Assembly: GCA_022361075.1 (NCBI GenBank)
Contig: JAKSBQ010000357.1
Coordinates: 1,472-65,471 of the forward strand
Direction: 5' to 3'
Length of the DNA stretch: 64,000 nucleotides
DNA from: Opitutales bacterium
GTDB lineage: Bacteria; Verrucomicrobiota; Verrucomicrobiia; Opitutales; JAFGAQ01
Positions 1 to 10,518 of this stretch are shown here, one piece after another. Position 1 is the first letter of the stretch. Each line of letters begins with the position of its first letter. Position numbers and translations under genes: made by a program. The notes under the pieces were generated by a model. The model saw only the letters and a list, made by a program, of their open reading frames with translations, made no database searches and was not told the DNA's origin.

Positions 1-1
1 T

Positions 2-202
2 TCTAAGGAAACTCTTCGACTTTTCGTCACCGTCGGATTCTGTGGTGGTTTCACCACGTTCTCCACATTTTCTTTGCAGTCACTACAACTCCTCCAGAGA
101 GGAGAGCACCTGCAAGCCGCTTCAAACATTCTCTTGAATCTAGTACTCTGTGTATCGTTCACATTCGTTGGTTACTTACTCTCGAAGCCATCTCTGCCTT
201 GA
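2..202 (+). CDS. crcB: Fluoride ion channel CrcB, C-terminal part (gene runs off the 5' edge)
   Basis: Own frame-2 translation ...VTVGFCGGFTTFSTFSLQSLQLLQRGEHLQAASNILLNLVLCVSFTFVGYLLSKPSLP*, stop TGA at 200-202. The GGxTTFSTF motif is typical of CrcB. Confidence 0.75.
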   Translation, partial: SKETLRLFVTVGFCGGFTTFSTFSLQSLQLLQRGEHLQAASNILLNLVLCVSFTFVGYLLSKPSLP

Positions 203-213
203 GAAAACGGTAG

Positions 214-1758
214 TTGTTTAGAATGAATTCTTTTCTTCAACACCGGTGGTTGCTTTTCATCACCATTAGTTTTTTTACTAATCTCACGTTTGGGAACGAC
301 CCAAGTGACGTGGTCGTAGTCGCGAATTCCAATTCCGCGGAATCACTCAAAGTCGCAAACCACTACTTAAAATCAAGATGTGTTCCTGAACAAAATCTGA
401 TTGCCCTCAACCTACCACCTGATGAGACCATTGACCGGAACACGTTTACCGAACGTATATGGAACCCCCTTCTTAGAACTCTTCACGCTAAAAAATTAAT
501 TGATGGCACATTGTCCAAAACCAAAGATCGTTCCGGAAGGCTGCTGATCACCACCCACAGCCTCAATTTCAAATATTTACTGCTATGCAGGGACGTGCCT
601 CTCAAAATCAGTAACCACCAAACCACCCAATCCACTCCCTTTAACACATTACCTCACAAATTCAGGACCCACCAAGCTTCCGTCGACTCCGAACTGGCCC
701 TGCTCATTCAATCACAAACCAAGCTCATTAGCTGGATTATCAACCCGCTACATAAAGTTACCAAACCAAGCTCATTAGACGATACTCAAGCCCTCTCCGT
801 TTGCAGAATCGATGGTCCAACCATCGACGATTGCATTGACCTGATAAACCAAACCCTGATTGCCGAGAAATCTCCCCTGATCGCCGGAAGAGCTTACATT
901 GACCTATTCCCTGGCGACCCTGATGGTAACCGATGGCTCAATGCCGCTTCCAAACTCCTCAAAAACTTTGGATATGAAGTTGATATTGAACCCTCAGAAC
1001 TCCATTGGAATTCTTATCAACGATATGACGCTCCTGCGATCTATTTAGGATGGTACCAATGGCACGCCGATGCACCCATTTTCAATGCCGAAACCAATAT
1101 TCCACCTGGAGCGATAGCAGCACATATCCATAGTTTTTCAGCAGGTTCTATTCGAACAAACACTAGCCACTGGGTCGGACCTTTGATCGGAAAGGGTTTT
1201 TGCGTAAGTTTTGGTAATGTTTTCGAACCCTACCTCCAACTAACCCTACGGCCGGATTTATTCATCGAACATTTACTCAACGGAGCAACAGTTGGAGAAG
1301 CTTCATTATATGCCCAGCCTGTTCTTAGTTGGCAAAATGTGACGATTGGAGATCCGCTTTATACTCCTTTTCCCAAAAACAAACAAACCGACTATCTTCT
1401 CCAACGCCATAAAGAGAAATCAATTGACCCCTACGAAGCCCTTATCCTTGTCAAAAGAAGTATTTTGGCCGAAGAAAGCCTGACAGGTGATCTGGCTATT
1501 CAGTCATTTATTGAGAATCCATCACTTCCCTTGGCCAGCAAACTGATCAAGGATCTTAGAAACTCCATCCATCCGAATGTCCTAAACTCAGTTGTGGATT
1601 ATGTAGTGAATTCACACCCCAAAACGGATTCCGATATTCCGATTTTAAGAGATATTTCCTCGATGATAGAAGAGAACCGTCCGGAGTCGGCGAAAAAGAT
1701 TGGAGAACACATCAATTCCTACCATCTGTTCAAAAGAACTAGCGGGGAAGGGGACTAA
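214..1758 (+). CDS. Secreted hypothetical protein, possibly TIGR03790-family
   Basis: 514-aa ORF with a hydrophobic N-terminal signal-like segment (LLFITISFFTNLTFG). The N-terminal 'VVVVANSNSAESLKVANHYLKSRCVPEQNLIAL' pattern recalls the TIGR03790 family. Family call is from memory only. Confidence 0.6.
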   Translation: MFRMNSFLQHRWLLFITISFFTNLTFGNDPSDVVVVANSNSAESLKVANHYLKSRCVPEQNLIALNLPPDETIDRNTFTERIWNPLLRTLHAKKLIDGTLSKTKDRSGRLLITTHSLNFKYLLLCRDVPLKISNHQTTQSTPFNTLPHKFRTHQASVDSELALLIQSQTKLISWIINPLHKVTKPSSLDDTQALSVCRIDGPTIDDCIDLINQTLIAEKSPLIAGRAYIDLFPGDPDGNRWLNAASKLLKNFGYEVDIEPSELHWNSYQRYDAPAIYLGWYQWHADAPIFNAETNIPPGAIAAHIHSFSAGSIRTNTSHWVGPLIGKGFCVSFGNVFEPYLQLTLRPDLFIEHLLNGATVGEASLYAQPVLSWQNVTIGDPLYTPFPKNKQTDYLLQRHKEKSIDPYEALILVKRSILAEESLTGDLAIQSFIENPSLPLASKLIKDLRNSIHPNVLNSVVDYVVNSHPKTDSDIPILRDISSMIEENRPESAKKIGEHINSYHLFKRTSGEGD

Positions 1759-2378
1759 GCACGCTCCTCGGGAAACTCTGTGTCAACTTCACAGGAGCCC
1801 GCTAATTCTACTCTGATCCACCAGTAAACAACACTTGAAAGACCAAATACCAAACCAGCAACAACGCCCAGATCGACAATACCCCGCCACGGTTGGGGCA
1901 ATCGGGAAACAATCATCACCAAAACCACGATCATCAATGTAATTGCAAAACTTGTGATGACCCTCTTTCTTGTCGCGTAAAAGTAACCCACGCAAAATAG
2001 AGGAGCAGCAACATAAAACCAAAAGTTGTTCATCTGCCTCAGTGCCTTCCCCCGGGATGCAAACCTTGGGCTCAATTTTTGATGAAATCCTCGGTATCCT
2101 TCGCTGTAGAGCATAAATACGAGAAAAATAAGCATCAATGACCAGTGCCAATAATTGAGCTCGTAATCCCTCAGCTCCCAAACGTAAGCAGATAATCGAT
2201 AAATAGCGGAACCTACTAATAACAAAAAACCCAATAACCCCCAATAAGATGCAACAACTCCGACTACGCTTCTAAGACTCACGACCTTAACAGAACAGGT
2301 TTTCTTCGTATGGCAAGATGCAGACTCAATCCAAATGCCTACTTGGTGAATAAGCTTTGGCCAAAGTAATTTAAACAA
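1755..2378 (-). CDS. Integral membrane protein, function unknown
   Basis: 207-aa ORF with several long hydrophobic segments. It is co-oriented with and overlaps the upstream membrane-protein ORF. Start uncertain. Confidence 0.55.
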   Translation of the reverse strand: MFKLLWPKLIHQVGIWIESASCHTKKTCSVKVVSLRSVVGVVASYWGLLGFLLLVGSAIYRLSAYVWELRDYELNYWHWSLMLIFLVFMLYSEGYRGFHQKLSPRFASRGKALRQMNNFWFYVAAPLFCVGYFYATRKRVITSFAITLMIVVLVMIVSRLPQPWRGIVDLGVVAGLVFGLSSVVYWWIRVELAGSCEVDTEFPEERA

Positions 2379-3244
2379 AGAAACTCAAGCCAGATTCGGT
2401 AACGCCCTTCCCCCGAAAGCTTGCCAAATTCCTTCCGATCATTGCGAGAATTCAATAATCCCTGATCAATATTAACCTTTTCAAGTTCGATCTGAGACCC
2501 TTCCATCCACTCCTTTAAATCTTCTTCGAATTTCTGAAAACCTCCTCCTACATTTGACAGACGGCAGGCGTGTCTGGAACCAAGGATATCGATTTTCCTG
2601 ACCGATGGATATCTTTTAACCATCCACGTTTTCGGGTATGCTCCTCCGTATGGCATAAAACTGTTGTCGGTAATAATTCGATCACCATTTTGGCACAAGG
2701 TGTTGAATGCAACTTGATCCATGATCACACCTGTTGCGTCAGGAATGATCATAACCTGCAACACAACCTCTTTGTCTGGGCTTCTAAAAACAGCCACTTG
2801 TTGAAGGGACTCCCCTTCATGCACGTATTTCACACTACCGATTGATTCATATTGGTTTTTCCTGATCCAATCCCGGATGTAAAAGAACCTTTTGTTAGCA
2901 GGCCAATTGACATCATCAACGCCCTTCATTGTTGGAAAAAGAGGAAAATCACTACGATCCCATGCCATGATAAAAACCCAAGCATATATGGATTCAAAAA
3001 CACCCCACACCAATGTTCCAATTACCCAAAGCCTCCAAAGTGAAACGCTTTCAAGAATAGTCAGATGAAGCGAAAGTCCGAAAAAGAAAGAAACAAGAAT
3101 CAACCTGACCCACCTAACCAGTAGTTTATTCACCGGACTCGGAAGTGCTTTCAGCAATCGATTTAGAGCAACAAAAATAGTTACAAACAGAAAACTACCT
3201 CCAAAAATCACGAAGGTGCCTCCGGATTGAATCCAGTCCAACAT
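2339..3244 (-). CDS. Membrane-anchored hypothetical protein
   Basis: The ORF runs to 3307, but Met22 (MLDWIQSGG..., 3244) avoids overlap with the dnaN stop. N-terminal third has TM helices and the C-terminal part is soluble. No family recognised. Confidence 0.55.
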   Translation of the reverse strand: MLDWIQSGGTFVIFGGSFLFVTIFVALNRLLKALPSPVNKLLVRWVRLILVSFFFGLSLHLTILESVSLWRLWVIGTLVWGVFESIYAWVFIMAWDRSDFPLFPTMKGVDDVNWPANKRFFYIRDWIRKNQYESIGSVKYVHEGESLQQVAVFRSPDKEVVLQVMIIPDATGVIMDQVAFNTLCQNGDRIITDNSFMPYGGAYPKTWMVKRYPSVRKIDILGSRHACRLSNVGGGFQKFEEDLKEWMEGSQIELEKVNIDQGLLNSRNDRKEFGKLSGEGRYRIWLEFLCLNYFGQSLFTK

Positions 3245-3276
3245 GATTTCTGACAGCTTTCCCTCTTCTCGAGGTA

Positions 3277-4407
3277 CTAATTGATGCGAAGAGGCATGAC
3301 TACACAAAGGAAGTCATCCATCGTCTTAATAACGCCTGGGCTGAGCTCGTCTTTGAACTCGAAGAAAACCTCATCATTCGCCAGAGCTTTCAAAGGCTCC
3401 ATTAAAAACCTCGGGTTAAAGGCAACTTGAACTTCAGGTCCCTCATAGGCGATCGCCATGGTTTCATGAGATTCTCCGAACTCCTGGCTCTCACCCGAAA
3501 TCTCAAGGAGATTCTCACTGATTTTGAGCTTAACCTGAAACTGCTTATCACTAATCACCAATGCGGCACGGTTCACGCACTCCAACATCAATTCCCTCTC
3601 GAGCTTAACTCTCTGGTCAGCCTCTTTCGGGATCACCTGTTGGTAGTCTGGATACTTCCCTTCTACAATTTTTGACACCAGATAAATGTTGTTTTTAAGG
3701 CCGAGTGCGTCACCCTCTTCACCAATTTCAAGTTCGAATGCTACTTGGCGGTCGTTGAAAAGAATCTTCAATGCACCTCCGTGATTCAACAGACGCTCAA
3801 GCTCGCTCACTGTTTTGGCTGGGAGAATCAAGCTACCTACACTGTCTTCAGGTGCTTCAATTTTCTCCGAAGAAACTGCAAGGCGGCGACCATCCGTAGC
3901 CGCAAGCTTTAGAGCACCACCTTCAAAACTGAAGAAAACACCATTGAGAACATAACGATTTTCATCAGTGGATTCTGCGTAAGAAACATTTTTTAACATC
4001 TTCGCCAAGCCAGATTGCTCTAGATTGAAGACGTGTTGGTCATCGAATGTTGGCAGGGGAGGAAATTCTTCCTTGCCGATACCCATGATTCGAAAATTGG
4101 AACCACCAGATGTTATTTTGGAAACATTGTTAACCGCTGTTTCCATGTGAATCTCTAGGTTTGGGAGCTCCTTCACAATAGATGCTAATTTGCGAACCGG
4201 TAGCGTAATTGAACCAGGTTCGAGGACCTCTGCTTTGATAGTGCAACGTATACCGAGATCCAAATTAGTTGTGGTTAGAGAGACCTCGTCATTTTCAGCT
4301 TCGATCAAAACGTTTTTGAGGATTGGCATCGTCTGACGACTGCCGACCAAGTTCATGACTTGTTGTAACCCATTGGAGAGGTGATCCCGATTTAGCTTAA
4401 GTTTCAT
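3277..4407 (-). CDS. dnaN: DNA polymerase III beta sliding clamp
   Basis: 376 aa, typical three-domain length. N-terminus [37 protein letters not shown]... and C-terminus ...CVVMPLRIN are typical of DnaN. Confidence 0.95.
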   Translation of the reverse strand: MKLKLNRDHLSNGLQQVMNLVGSRQTMPILKNVLIEAENDEVSLTTTNLDLGIRCTIKAEVLEPGSITLPVRKLASIVKELPNLEIHMETAVNNVSKITSGGSNFRIMGIGKEEFPPLPTFDDQHVFNLEQSGLAKMLKNVSYAESTDENRYVLNGVFFSFEGGALKLAATDGRRLAVSSEKIEAPEDSVGSLILPAKTVSELERLLNHGGALKILFNDRQVAFELEIGEEGDALGLKNNIYLVSKIVEGKYPDYQQVIPKEADQRVKLERELMLECVNRAALVISDKQFQVKLKISENLLEISGESQEFGESHETMAIAYEGPEVQVAFNPRFLMEPLKALANDEVFFEFKDELSPGVIKTMDDFLCVVMPLRIN

Positions 4408-4664
4408 CCTGGTTGAAGATTCCCAAATTCAAGAGTTATTTTCAATTCTATTATATTATATCTTATTTAATTATAAAATATAGCCGTATTAATAGGGTGT
4501 GTGAATAACAGGAACAAATTCTTATCACACAGTCAATCAAGCATTTATCAAAACAGAAGAGGTGATTAAGTCACTGAGTATTTTCTGATAAAAAAGAATA
4601 CTGTCATTAACTTTTGTTTTTTCACATGCTTTTCCACAATTAATCCGAAGTTGTTCACGATCAA
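4408..4664. other. Putative oriC-like region (AT-rich tract plus DnaA-box-like 9-mers)
   Basis: 257-bp non-coding gap upstream of dnaN. It has a nearly pure A/T tract at 4436-4490. TGTGAATAA at 4500-4508 is the reverse complement of TTATTCACA and fits TTATNCACA. TTTTTCACA (4618-4626) and TTTTCCACA (4630-4638) each have 1 mismatch, and TTGTTCACG (4651-4659) has 2 mismatches. Confidence 0.35.
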
Positions 4665-5030
4665 TTATTTGTCTTCTTTCTTTTTCTTTAGAGACTCGAG
4701 GTATTTCCAAAAAGACTCATGCTGTTCCACCATCTGCTCTTCGGAAACGGGAAGCTTAAAACGAAAGAGAAAGTCAGTGAAAGTATTACGGTGAAGAATG
4801 TATTCGCAGTAGAGGATATCACCTTGCTTTTCAAAGTAGATTCGGAACTCATCAGCCCTGAATCTATAATAGACACTTGAGCCCCTGTGGAAACGGCCTA
4901 TTGGACCATTAGGATCCATCAACTGTTCAGCTGTTAAATGACTGATTTGGTTGACCAACCTCAACTGAGCAAAAATGTCCAGCTTGTTGAGTTCGCCAAT
5001 ACTTTGTTCACTGAAATTCAGTTGAAACAT
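4665..5030 (-). CDS. Hypothetical protein with weak RelE/ParE-like toxin pattern
   Basis: 121-aa ORF. 'VYYRFRADEFRIYFEKQGDILYCEYILHRNT' resembles the RelE/ParE core (R-x-R-x-x-x-[FY]-R-[IV]-x-[FY] ... H-R). No antitoxin-sized ORF is adjacent. Confidence 0.45.
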   Translation of the reverse strand: MFQLNFSEQSIGELNKLDIFAQLRLVNQISHLTAEQLMDPNGPIGRFHRGSSVYYRFRADEFRIYFEKQGDILYCEYILHRNTFTDFLFRFKLPVSEEQMVEQHESFWKYLESLKKKKEDK

Positions 5031-5071
5031 ATAGTTAGGAGTCGGGATCGATTAGTATGTAAAGATAACCA

Positions 5072-5872
5072 TCAATGGTTTTCTCTCATTTGTTTAAATA
5101 CTTCATACAACACAATGGAAGCAGAAATTGAAACATTCAGGCTATCCACGATCGGATTCATCGGGATTCGGAGATTTTGATCTGCGTTTTTTTTCCAGAA
5201 GTCTGAGACACCATGGTGTTCGCTCCCAAGAACAATCGTGATTGGTGTCTTGAAAGGAAATTCGCCCAACATCTGATCGCAATCGGGTGTCGCAACACAC
5301 ACATTAGAATGATTAACTTTTGCCCACTCAAGAGTCGCTTCATTATCGGATCCTACGAATTTCATCCCTAACGAATGACCGCGTGAATTCCTGATGACGT
5401 GAGGATGAAAAGGGTCGGGTTTTTCCGAATTAAAAACTACTTGATTAAAATCGAAAGCAGCCGCGCTACGAAGGATTGCGCCATTGTTTCCCGGTTTTTC
5501 AATACTCTCTAACACCAAAATATTATTCTGAGGATCCAGTTCGTTTAGATCCGTCGAAATCTTCTGATTCGCCAAAACAACAATTCCGTCAGGATTCTCT
5601 CGTTGAGAAATCTTCTTGAACGCGACTTCGGACAGCTCAAATACGCTGAGACCCGCAGTTAGCTCCAAATAACCAGCTTTTAACAGCTGAAGACCTTTTG
5701 TGTTTACGTAAAGTCCCTTGAGTTCAAAACCATGTTCCCGGGCGACCTTGAACTCGTGAAACCCCTCAATGAGAAACTCCGAGCTTTTTCTTCTACCTTT
5801 GGCTTCTTTCAGACCTGCCAAATGCTTCACCCTGGGGTTATCCTTACTCTGGATAGCAAATGGCTTCATCAA
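5072..5872 (-). CDS. TrmH/SpoU-family RNA 2'-O-methyltransferase
   Basis: 266 aa. SpoU motifs: LVLESIEKPGNNGAILRSAAAFD, ITIVLGSEHHGVS, RIPMNPIVDSLNVSISASIVLYE. Confidence 0.85.
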   Translation of the reverse strand: MMKPFAIQSKDNPRVKHLAGLKEAKGRRKSSEFLIEGFHEFKVAREHGFELKGLYVNTKGLQLLKAGYLELTAGLSVFELSEVAFKKISQRENPDGIVVLANQKISTDLNELDPQNNILVLESIEKPGNNGAILRSAAAFDFNQVVFNSEKPDPFHPHVIRNSRGHSLGMKFVGSDNEATLEWAKVNHSNVCVATPDCDQMLGEFPFKTPITIVLGSEHHGVSDFWKKNADQNLRIPMNPIVDSLNVSISASIVLYEVFKQMRENH

Positions 5873-5883
5873 CTGATTTTGAA

Positions 5884-6624
<741 letters not shown>

Positions 6625-6732
6625 GTCAAAGGGTAATGTTTGCTGATATTAATTCGAAAAACTAGATGGTAGTGGGTCGATAGCCGTTACTACCTGATAA
6701 TATTCGAGTCACTTTCAAGAAGATCTTCAATC

Positions 6733-8583
6733 TCATTTTTTGCGCTTACGAGCGGGTCCCTTAGCACCGGGTTTGGCGGGGGCAGCCGGAGCAGCGACTG
6801 GAACCAATTCCACGTTTTTCTTACTTCGGTAGACGAGAACAGTCTGCAAAATGGATAACAAACTCTGAACCGTCCAATAGAGCACTAACCCGGACGAGAA
6901 ACTGTACATGAAGAACAAGAACATCAGCGGCATGAACTTCATGATCCGCTGTTGGTTTGGGTCCGCCGAAGGGTTCATCGGCATTAACTGCATCTGGAAG
7001 AACATTGCTGCACCATTGAGCAATGGCATGATGTTCAGCGGAAACCCTCCAATGCGCGCAACGGTATCTGGTTGAGAAAGGTCTTGAATCCAGAGGAATG
7101 GCTCGTAGCGAAGTTCCGAGCAGGTGCGAAGCATCCAGTAAAGTCCGATAAAAATCGGAATCTGAACAAGCATCGGGAGGCAACCGGCGAGAGGGTTAAC
7201 CCCATATTTCTTGAACAATGCCATCGTTTCACGCTGCATCTTCTCCGGTTTGTCCGCGTACTTTTCGCGAAGCTCCTTCATTGGCTCCTGGAGAAGCTGC
7301 ATTTTCTTGCTGGACTTTGCGGAGTAGGAGGTTAGAGGCCAAAACACACCTTTAACGATCACAGTCATGAGGATAATAGATACACCCCAGTTCCCCACGA
7401 ATCCCTGAACCCAGTATAATAAAGTAAGCAGGATTTTACTAACTTCTTTGAAAAAACCAAATTGCATCAATGCATCCTGCCCTCGATCGAGTTGAACTAA
7501 GCGATTGTATTCTTTTGGTCCAACGTAGTAAGTACCATTGATGGCATAATCGGAGTTAGGGAGAATCTTACCAGGAGTGAATCCGATCTCACCCACGATT
7601 CCTACAGCGTCGCGAGGATTGTTGGGATCCGAAGGAATTGAGACTGATCGTGCATAGGCGCCAGATCCTGGACTCTCCGGAGTGAAGACACTCACAAAAA
7701 ACTGATTCTTAACCGAAGCCCAATCGTAAGTATCCGTTTCTCCCAGGTATCTTGATTTCGGGGCTTTTGTACCCATACCGAAGAAACCTTTCGAACCAAT
7801 GAAGTATTTGGACTTTACAAACTCTTTTTCACCAAAGCTTTGGTAGGCGAAGGATTGGAAATCACCAAAACGATCACTTTGTTGGGGTAGTGCCATGCCC
7901 AAGGTGAGAAGAAGTTCGGTGTTTTCGGTAGCACCAACGATGATCGGCTTAGAGTTCCCGCTATTGATGATCTGAGTGCTATGCCTGATGGTGTAAGGCT
8001 CTTCGCCGTCAGGGTCGCCCAGTTGGTAAGACCGAACAAACTTCACTCCCTTTCCTGTGTCGTATTCGAAAACTACCGCTCTGTTGTCCTGACTGATAAT
8101 CTGGTAAGGATAGTTTAGGCGCTTGGTGGACCCGTCTAACTCACGTCGAGAGAGCTGAAGAGCAGTGACCTCTGAATCTTCGTTGAAGACGTAATCATCT
8201 CTGCCTCCTCTTTTGGTCTGCAAAAAGCTGATTTCCTTAATCGCACCCCCCGACTTGGTGAAGTTTACCTCAAGAAATTCGTTGCGAAGTGTAAGGTCGG
8301 TTTCAAAAGCGAGCTTCTCCTCTTCTTTCGTTTCAGCAGCTATTCCTGGCTCGAAGCTTTCTTCAACTGTAGCTGGAATAAACTCGTCTTCGACTTCCGC
8401 AACAGATTCCGCGCCTTCGATACTTTGAGCTGCTTGGTTTTCAGCTTCTTGAGGCAGAAAAGAAGAATCACTAGGTGGCGGGACCTGCGGTTGTTGATCC
8501 TGAATCTGTTTGTTTTGGAAATACAGCATTCCGAATGCGAGTCCGATCAATGCTAATCCGATCAGTGAATGAGAGTTTTTCAT
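6733..8583 (-). CDS. yidC: Membrane protein insertase YidC
   Basis: 616 aa, with an N-terminal TM, a large periplasmic domain and the conserved C-terminal core (KYGVNPLAGCLPMLVQIPIFIGLYWML ... GLVLYWTVQSLLSILQ). Sits in the canonical rpmH-rnpA-yidC order. Confidence 0.95.
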   Translation of the reverse strand: MKNSHSLIGLALIGLAFGMLYFQNKQIQDQQPQVPPPSDSSFLPQEAENQAAQSIEGAESVAEVEDEFIPATVEESFEPGIAAETKEEEKLAFETDLTLRNEFLEVNFTKSGGAIKEISFLQTKRGGRDDYVFNEDSEVTALQLSRRELDGSTKRLNYPYQIISQDNRAVVFEYDTGKGVKFVRSYQLGDPDGEEPYTIRHSTQIINSGNSKPIIVGATENTELLLTLGMALPQQSDRFGDFQSFAYQSFGEKEFVKSKYFIGSKGFFGMGTKAPKSRYLGETDTYDWASVKNQFFVSVFTPESPGSGAYARSVSIPSDPNNPRDAVGIVGEIGFTPGKILPNSDYAINGTYYVGPKEYNRLVQLDRGQDALMQFGFFKEVSKILLTLLYWVQGFVGNWGVSIILMTVIVKGVFWPLTSYSAKSSKKMQLLQEPMKELREKYADKPEKMQRETMALFKKYGVNPLAGCLPMLVQIPIFIGLYWMLRTCSELRYEPFLWIQDLSQPDTVARIGGFPLNIMPLLNGAAMFFQMQLMPMNPSADPNQQRIMKFMPLMFLFFMYSFSSGLVLYWTVQSLLSILQTVLVYRSKKNVELVPVAAPAAPAKPGAKGPARKRKK

Positions 8584-8663
8584 GGAAAGTGATATGAGCT
8601 TAAGTGACTATAACAGTGCTTTTGTTCGATGCTTCACTTGAAGCTGTTGAAAAGGATCGTAGT

Positions 8664-9017
8664 TTAGGAGACGCTTAGTTGAGCGCAAGCCTTCTTAAAG
8701 CGTCGGTCCAACTCAGCAAATTTGGAGTTCATCATGCTGTTGCGGGCGATCATCACCAAGTCATATCCCTCTGGAATGATGCTTTGGTTCAACCGATAAA
8801 GGGCGCGCATTCGACGCTTGAGCCGATTGCGATCAACCGCTCGTTTGGAAACTCGTCTGGACGCAATCACACACATTCTTGGCGTAGATTGGCCGCTAAC
8901 ATTTTCACGTCGACAAGTGATCAAAAGAAAAGCGCCACAATTTTGGCGCCTCCCATTTCGAAATACTCGATCGATTTCACTGGATCTCGCTAAGCGAGTC
9001 TGCCAGCCAAAACGCAT
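8664..9017 (-). CDS. rnpA: Ribonuclease P protein component
   Basis: 117-aa basic protein with the RNR-type motif (RNRLKRRMRALYR). Located between rpmH and yidC. Confidence 0.9.
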   Translation of the reverse strand: MRFGWQTRLARSSEIDRVFRNGRRQNCGAFLLITCRRENVSGQSTPRMCVIASRRVSKRAVDRNRLKRRMRALYRLNQSIIPEGYDLVMIARNSMMNSKFAELDRRFKKACAQLSVS

Positions 9018-9037
9018 CGGCTAAAAGTTCCCTGAGC

Positions 9038-9172
9038 CTAGGCTGCGAGTTTCTTGCGACCCTTACGGCGCCTTGCAGCTAATACTTTGCGACCTCCCCG
9101 CGTAGCCATTCTTGCGCGGAAGCCGAATTTACGTGCTCTTTTAATTCTTGAAGGTCTGTATGTTGGTTGCAT
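9038..9172 (-). CDS. rpmH: 50S ribosomal protein L34
   Basis: Not in the ORF track because it is under 60 aa. Own reverse-strand translation gives [44 protein letters not shown], a textbook L34. Confidence 0.9.
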   Translation of the reverse strand: MQPTYRPSRIKRARKFGFRARMATRGGRKVLAARRRKGRKKLAA

Positions 9173-9322
9173 GACAAGTGAAAAGGATCGATAAAGTCCT
9201 CAGTCATTTAGTTTGTCAAGACTTTACCTCATTAGCGGAAATATTACCTCAACATATTTTTTTCAAAAAAGGGCTTGCAACACCAATCGTTCATCTACAA
9301 ATTCCTGTCTTTCTGTTGGCGC

Positions 9323-9413
<91 letters not shown>

Positions 9414-9440
9414 GTAATTACCTCCTCTAATCCAAAATTA

Positions 9441-10025
9441 CTACCATGCTTTTGTTATGTTCTCGGGTAGACCTACTCTCATGAAATATCTAGCGAATGC
9501 CTGAGAAAGATGCTCTCTGTAAGGGGGAAGCAAACGTATTCTTGTGTTTTTGTCTGCGTTTACGAAAGATTCTAATGTCCTTTTGGGAACGGTATAAACC
9601 TCGTGAAAGTCAACCACACGATGCTCCATTTCAGGAACCGAATCCTTATATGGATTTAGAAGGCTCAAATTCCAATTGAAACCGTTTTTAAGTTCTTCGC
9701 AGTATCTTCTCCAAGCCTTCTCTGTCAAATTTTGACCCTTTTCAACCTGAGATTTCAATACTTGTTCCTTAACAGAAGAGAGTGAATAATGAGGACATAG
9801 CAAAACATTTTTGACCTTATTGTGTTCTAGATCACAAGCTTGCGTCATTACTATGACATCGGCCAATACTTTCCGGAGGTCAGACTCGAATTCCCTGTTA
9901 TTGTCGTCCCATTTAACTGGTGTTATCTCGTCGTCACTCCAAGAGACAATTGGACACGAAAAAATGATATCTCCTTGGCTTATCGGAGCAGAGGAATCGG
10001 TTTTCTCATACCATGGGAGACTCAT
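9441..10025 (-). CDS. Islet gene 4: hypothetical 194-aa Cys/His protein (TQACDLEH motif)
   Basis: ATG at 10025 overlaps the upstream stop as ATGA. Motifs: SQGDIIFSCPIV near the N-terminus, VIVMTQACDLEHNKVKNVLLCPHYS mid-protein. No family recognised. Confidence 0.7.
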   Translation of the reverse strand: MSLPWYEKTDSSAPISQGDIIFSCPIVSWSDDEITPVKWDDNNREFESDLRKVLADVIVMTQACDLEHNKVKNVLLCPHYSLSSVKEQVLKSQVEKGQNLTEKAWRRYCEELKNGFNWNLSLLNPYKDSVPEMEHRVVDFHEVYTVPKRTLESFVNADKNTRIRLLPPYREHLSQAFARYFMRVGLPENITKAW

Positions 10026-10516
10026 TCTTCATCAAAGTATCGATCATCGAAAATGATTGAAGGTTTTTGTTTAGGAAGCGAGTTAAGATCAATTCTTAAT
10101 CGGTCTTCTCTGTAAACAGTTTTTTTTCCACCAAGAGCATAGATACCTTTAAAGGAATTATCCTTTTCTTCGTCAGGATTGGTGAGTTTAGGAAGTTCTG
10201 CATCCAAAGCAAATGGATGCTCATTTTGACTATTATAATCAGAGACATATGCGAGGACTATTGGAATAAGTTTTGAATAGGTGGACACTGAACTATTCTG
10301 TTCCCCACTTATTGCCCAAGAGGAGGTAACCCAGTTTAACTCGTTGGATTCAGATAATGATCTATCAGGCTCATCTGTTCTTATCTTCAACTTTCTTGAA
10401 GGGTACATTTGAACAATGTCAGTATCATCCTCCGTGTAATCAAATAAAGCACTTCCAGAAGTTGGAATATCTTCTTCAAATTCGGAATCGATTAATTGCA
10501 GGGCTAAGTTCGTCAT
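10022..10516 (-). CDS. Islet gene 3: hypothetical strongly acidic protein (~164 aa)
   Basis: The ORF track starts at a TTG (10537). The ATG at 10516 (MTNLALQ...) lies 2 nt after the upstream TAG and is preferred. D/E-rich, for example DSEFEEDIPTSGSALFDYTEDDTD, and ends ...FDDRYFDEE. No family recognised. Confidence 0.65.
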   Translation of the reverse strand: MTNLALQLIDSEFEEDIPTSGSALFDYTEDDTDIVQMYPSRKLKIRTDEPDRSLSESNELNWVTSSWAISGEQNSSVSTYSKLIPIVLAYVSDYNSQNEHPFALDAELPKLTNPDEEKDNSFKGIYALGGKKTVYREDRLRIDLNSLPKQKPSIIFDDRYFDEE

Positions 10517-10518
10517 TT

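Noticed and set aside
8584-8663. Possible yidD between rnpA and yidC
   Set aside because: The gap is only 80 nt and contains no ORF of the required ~70-85 aa.
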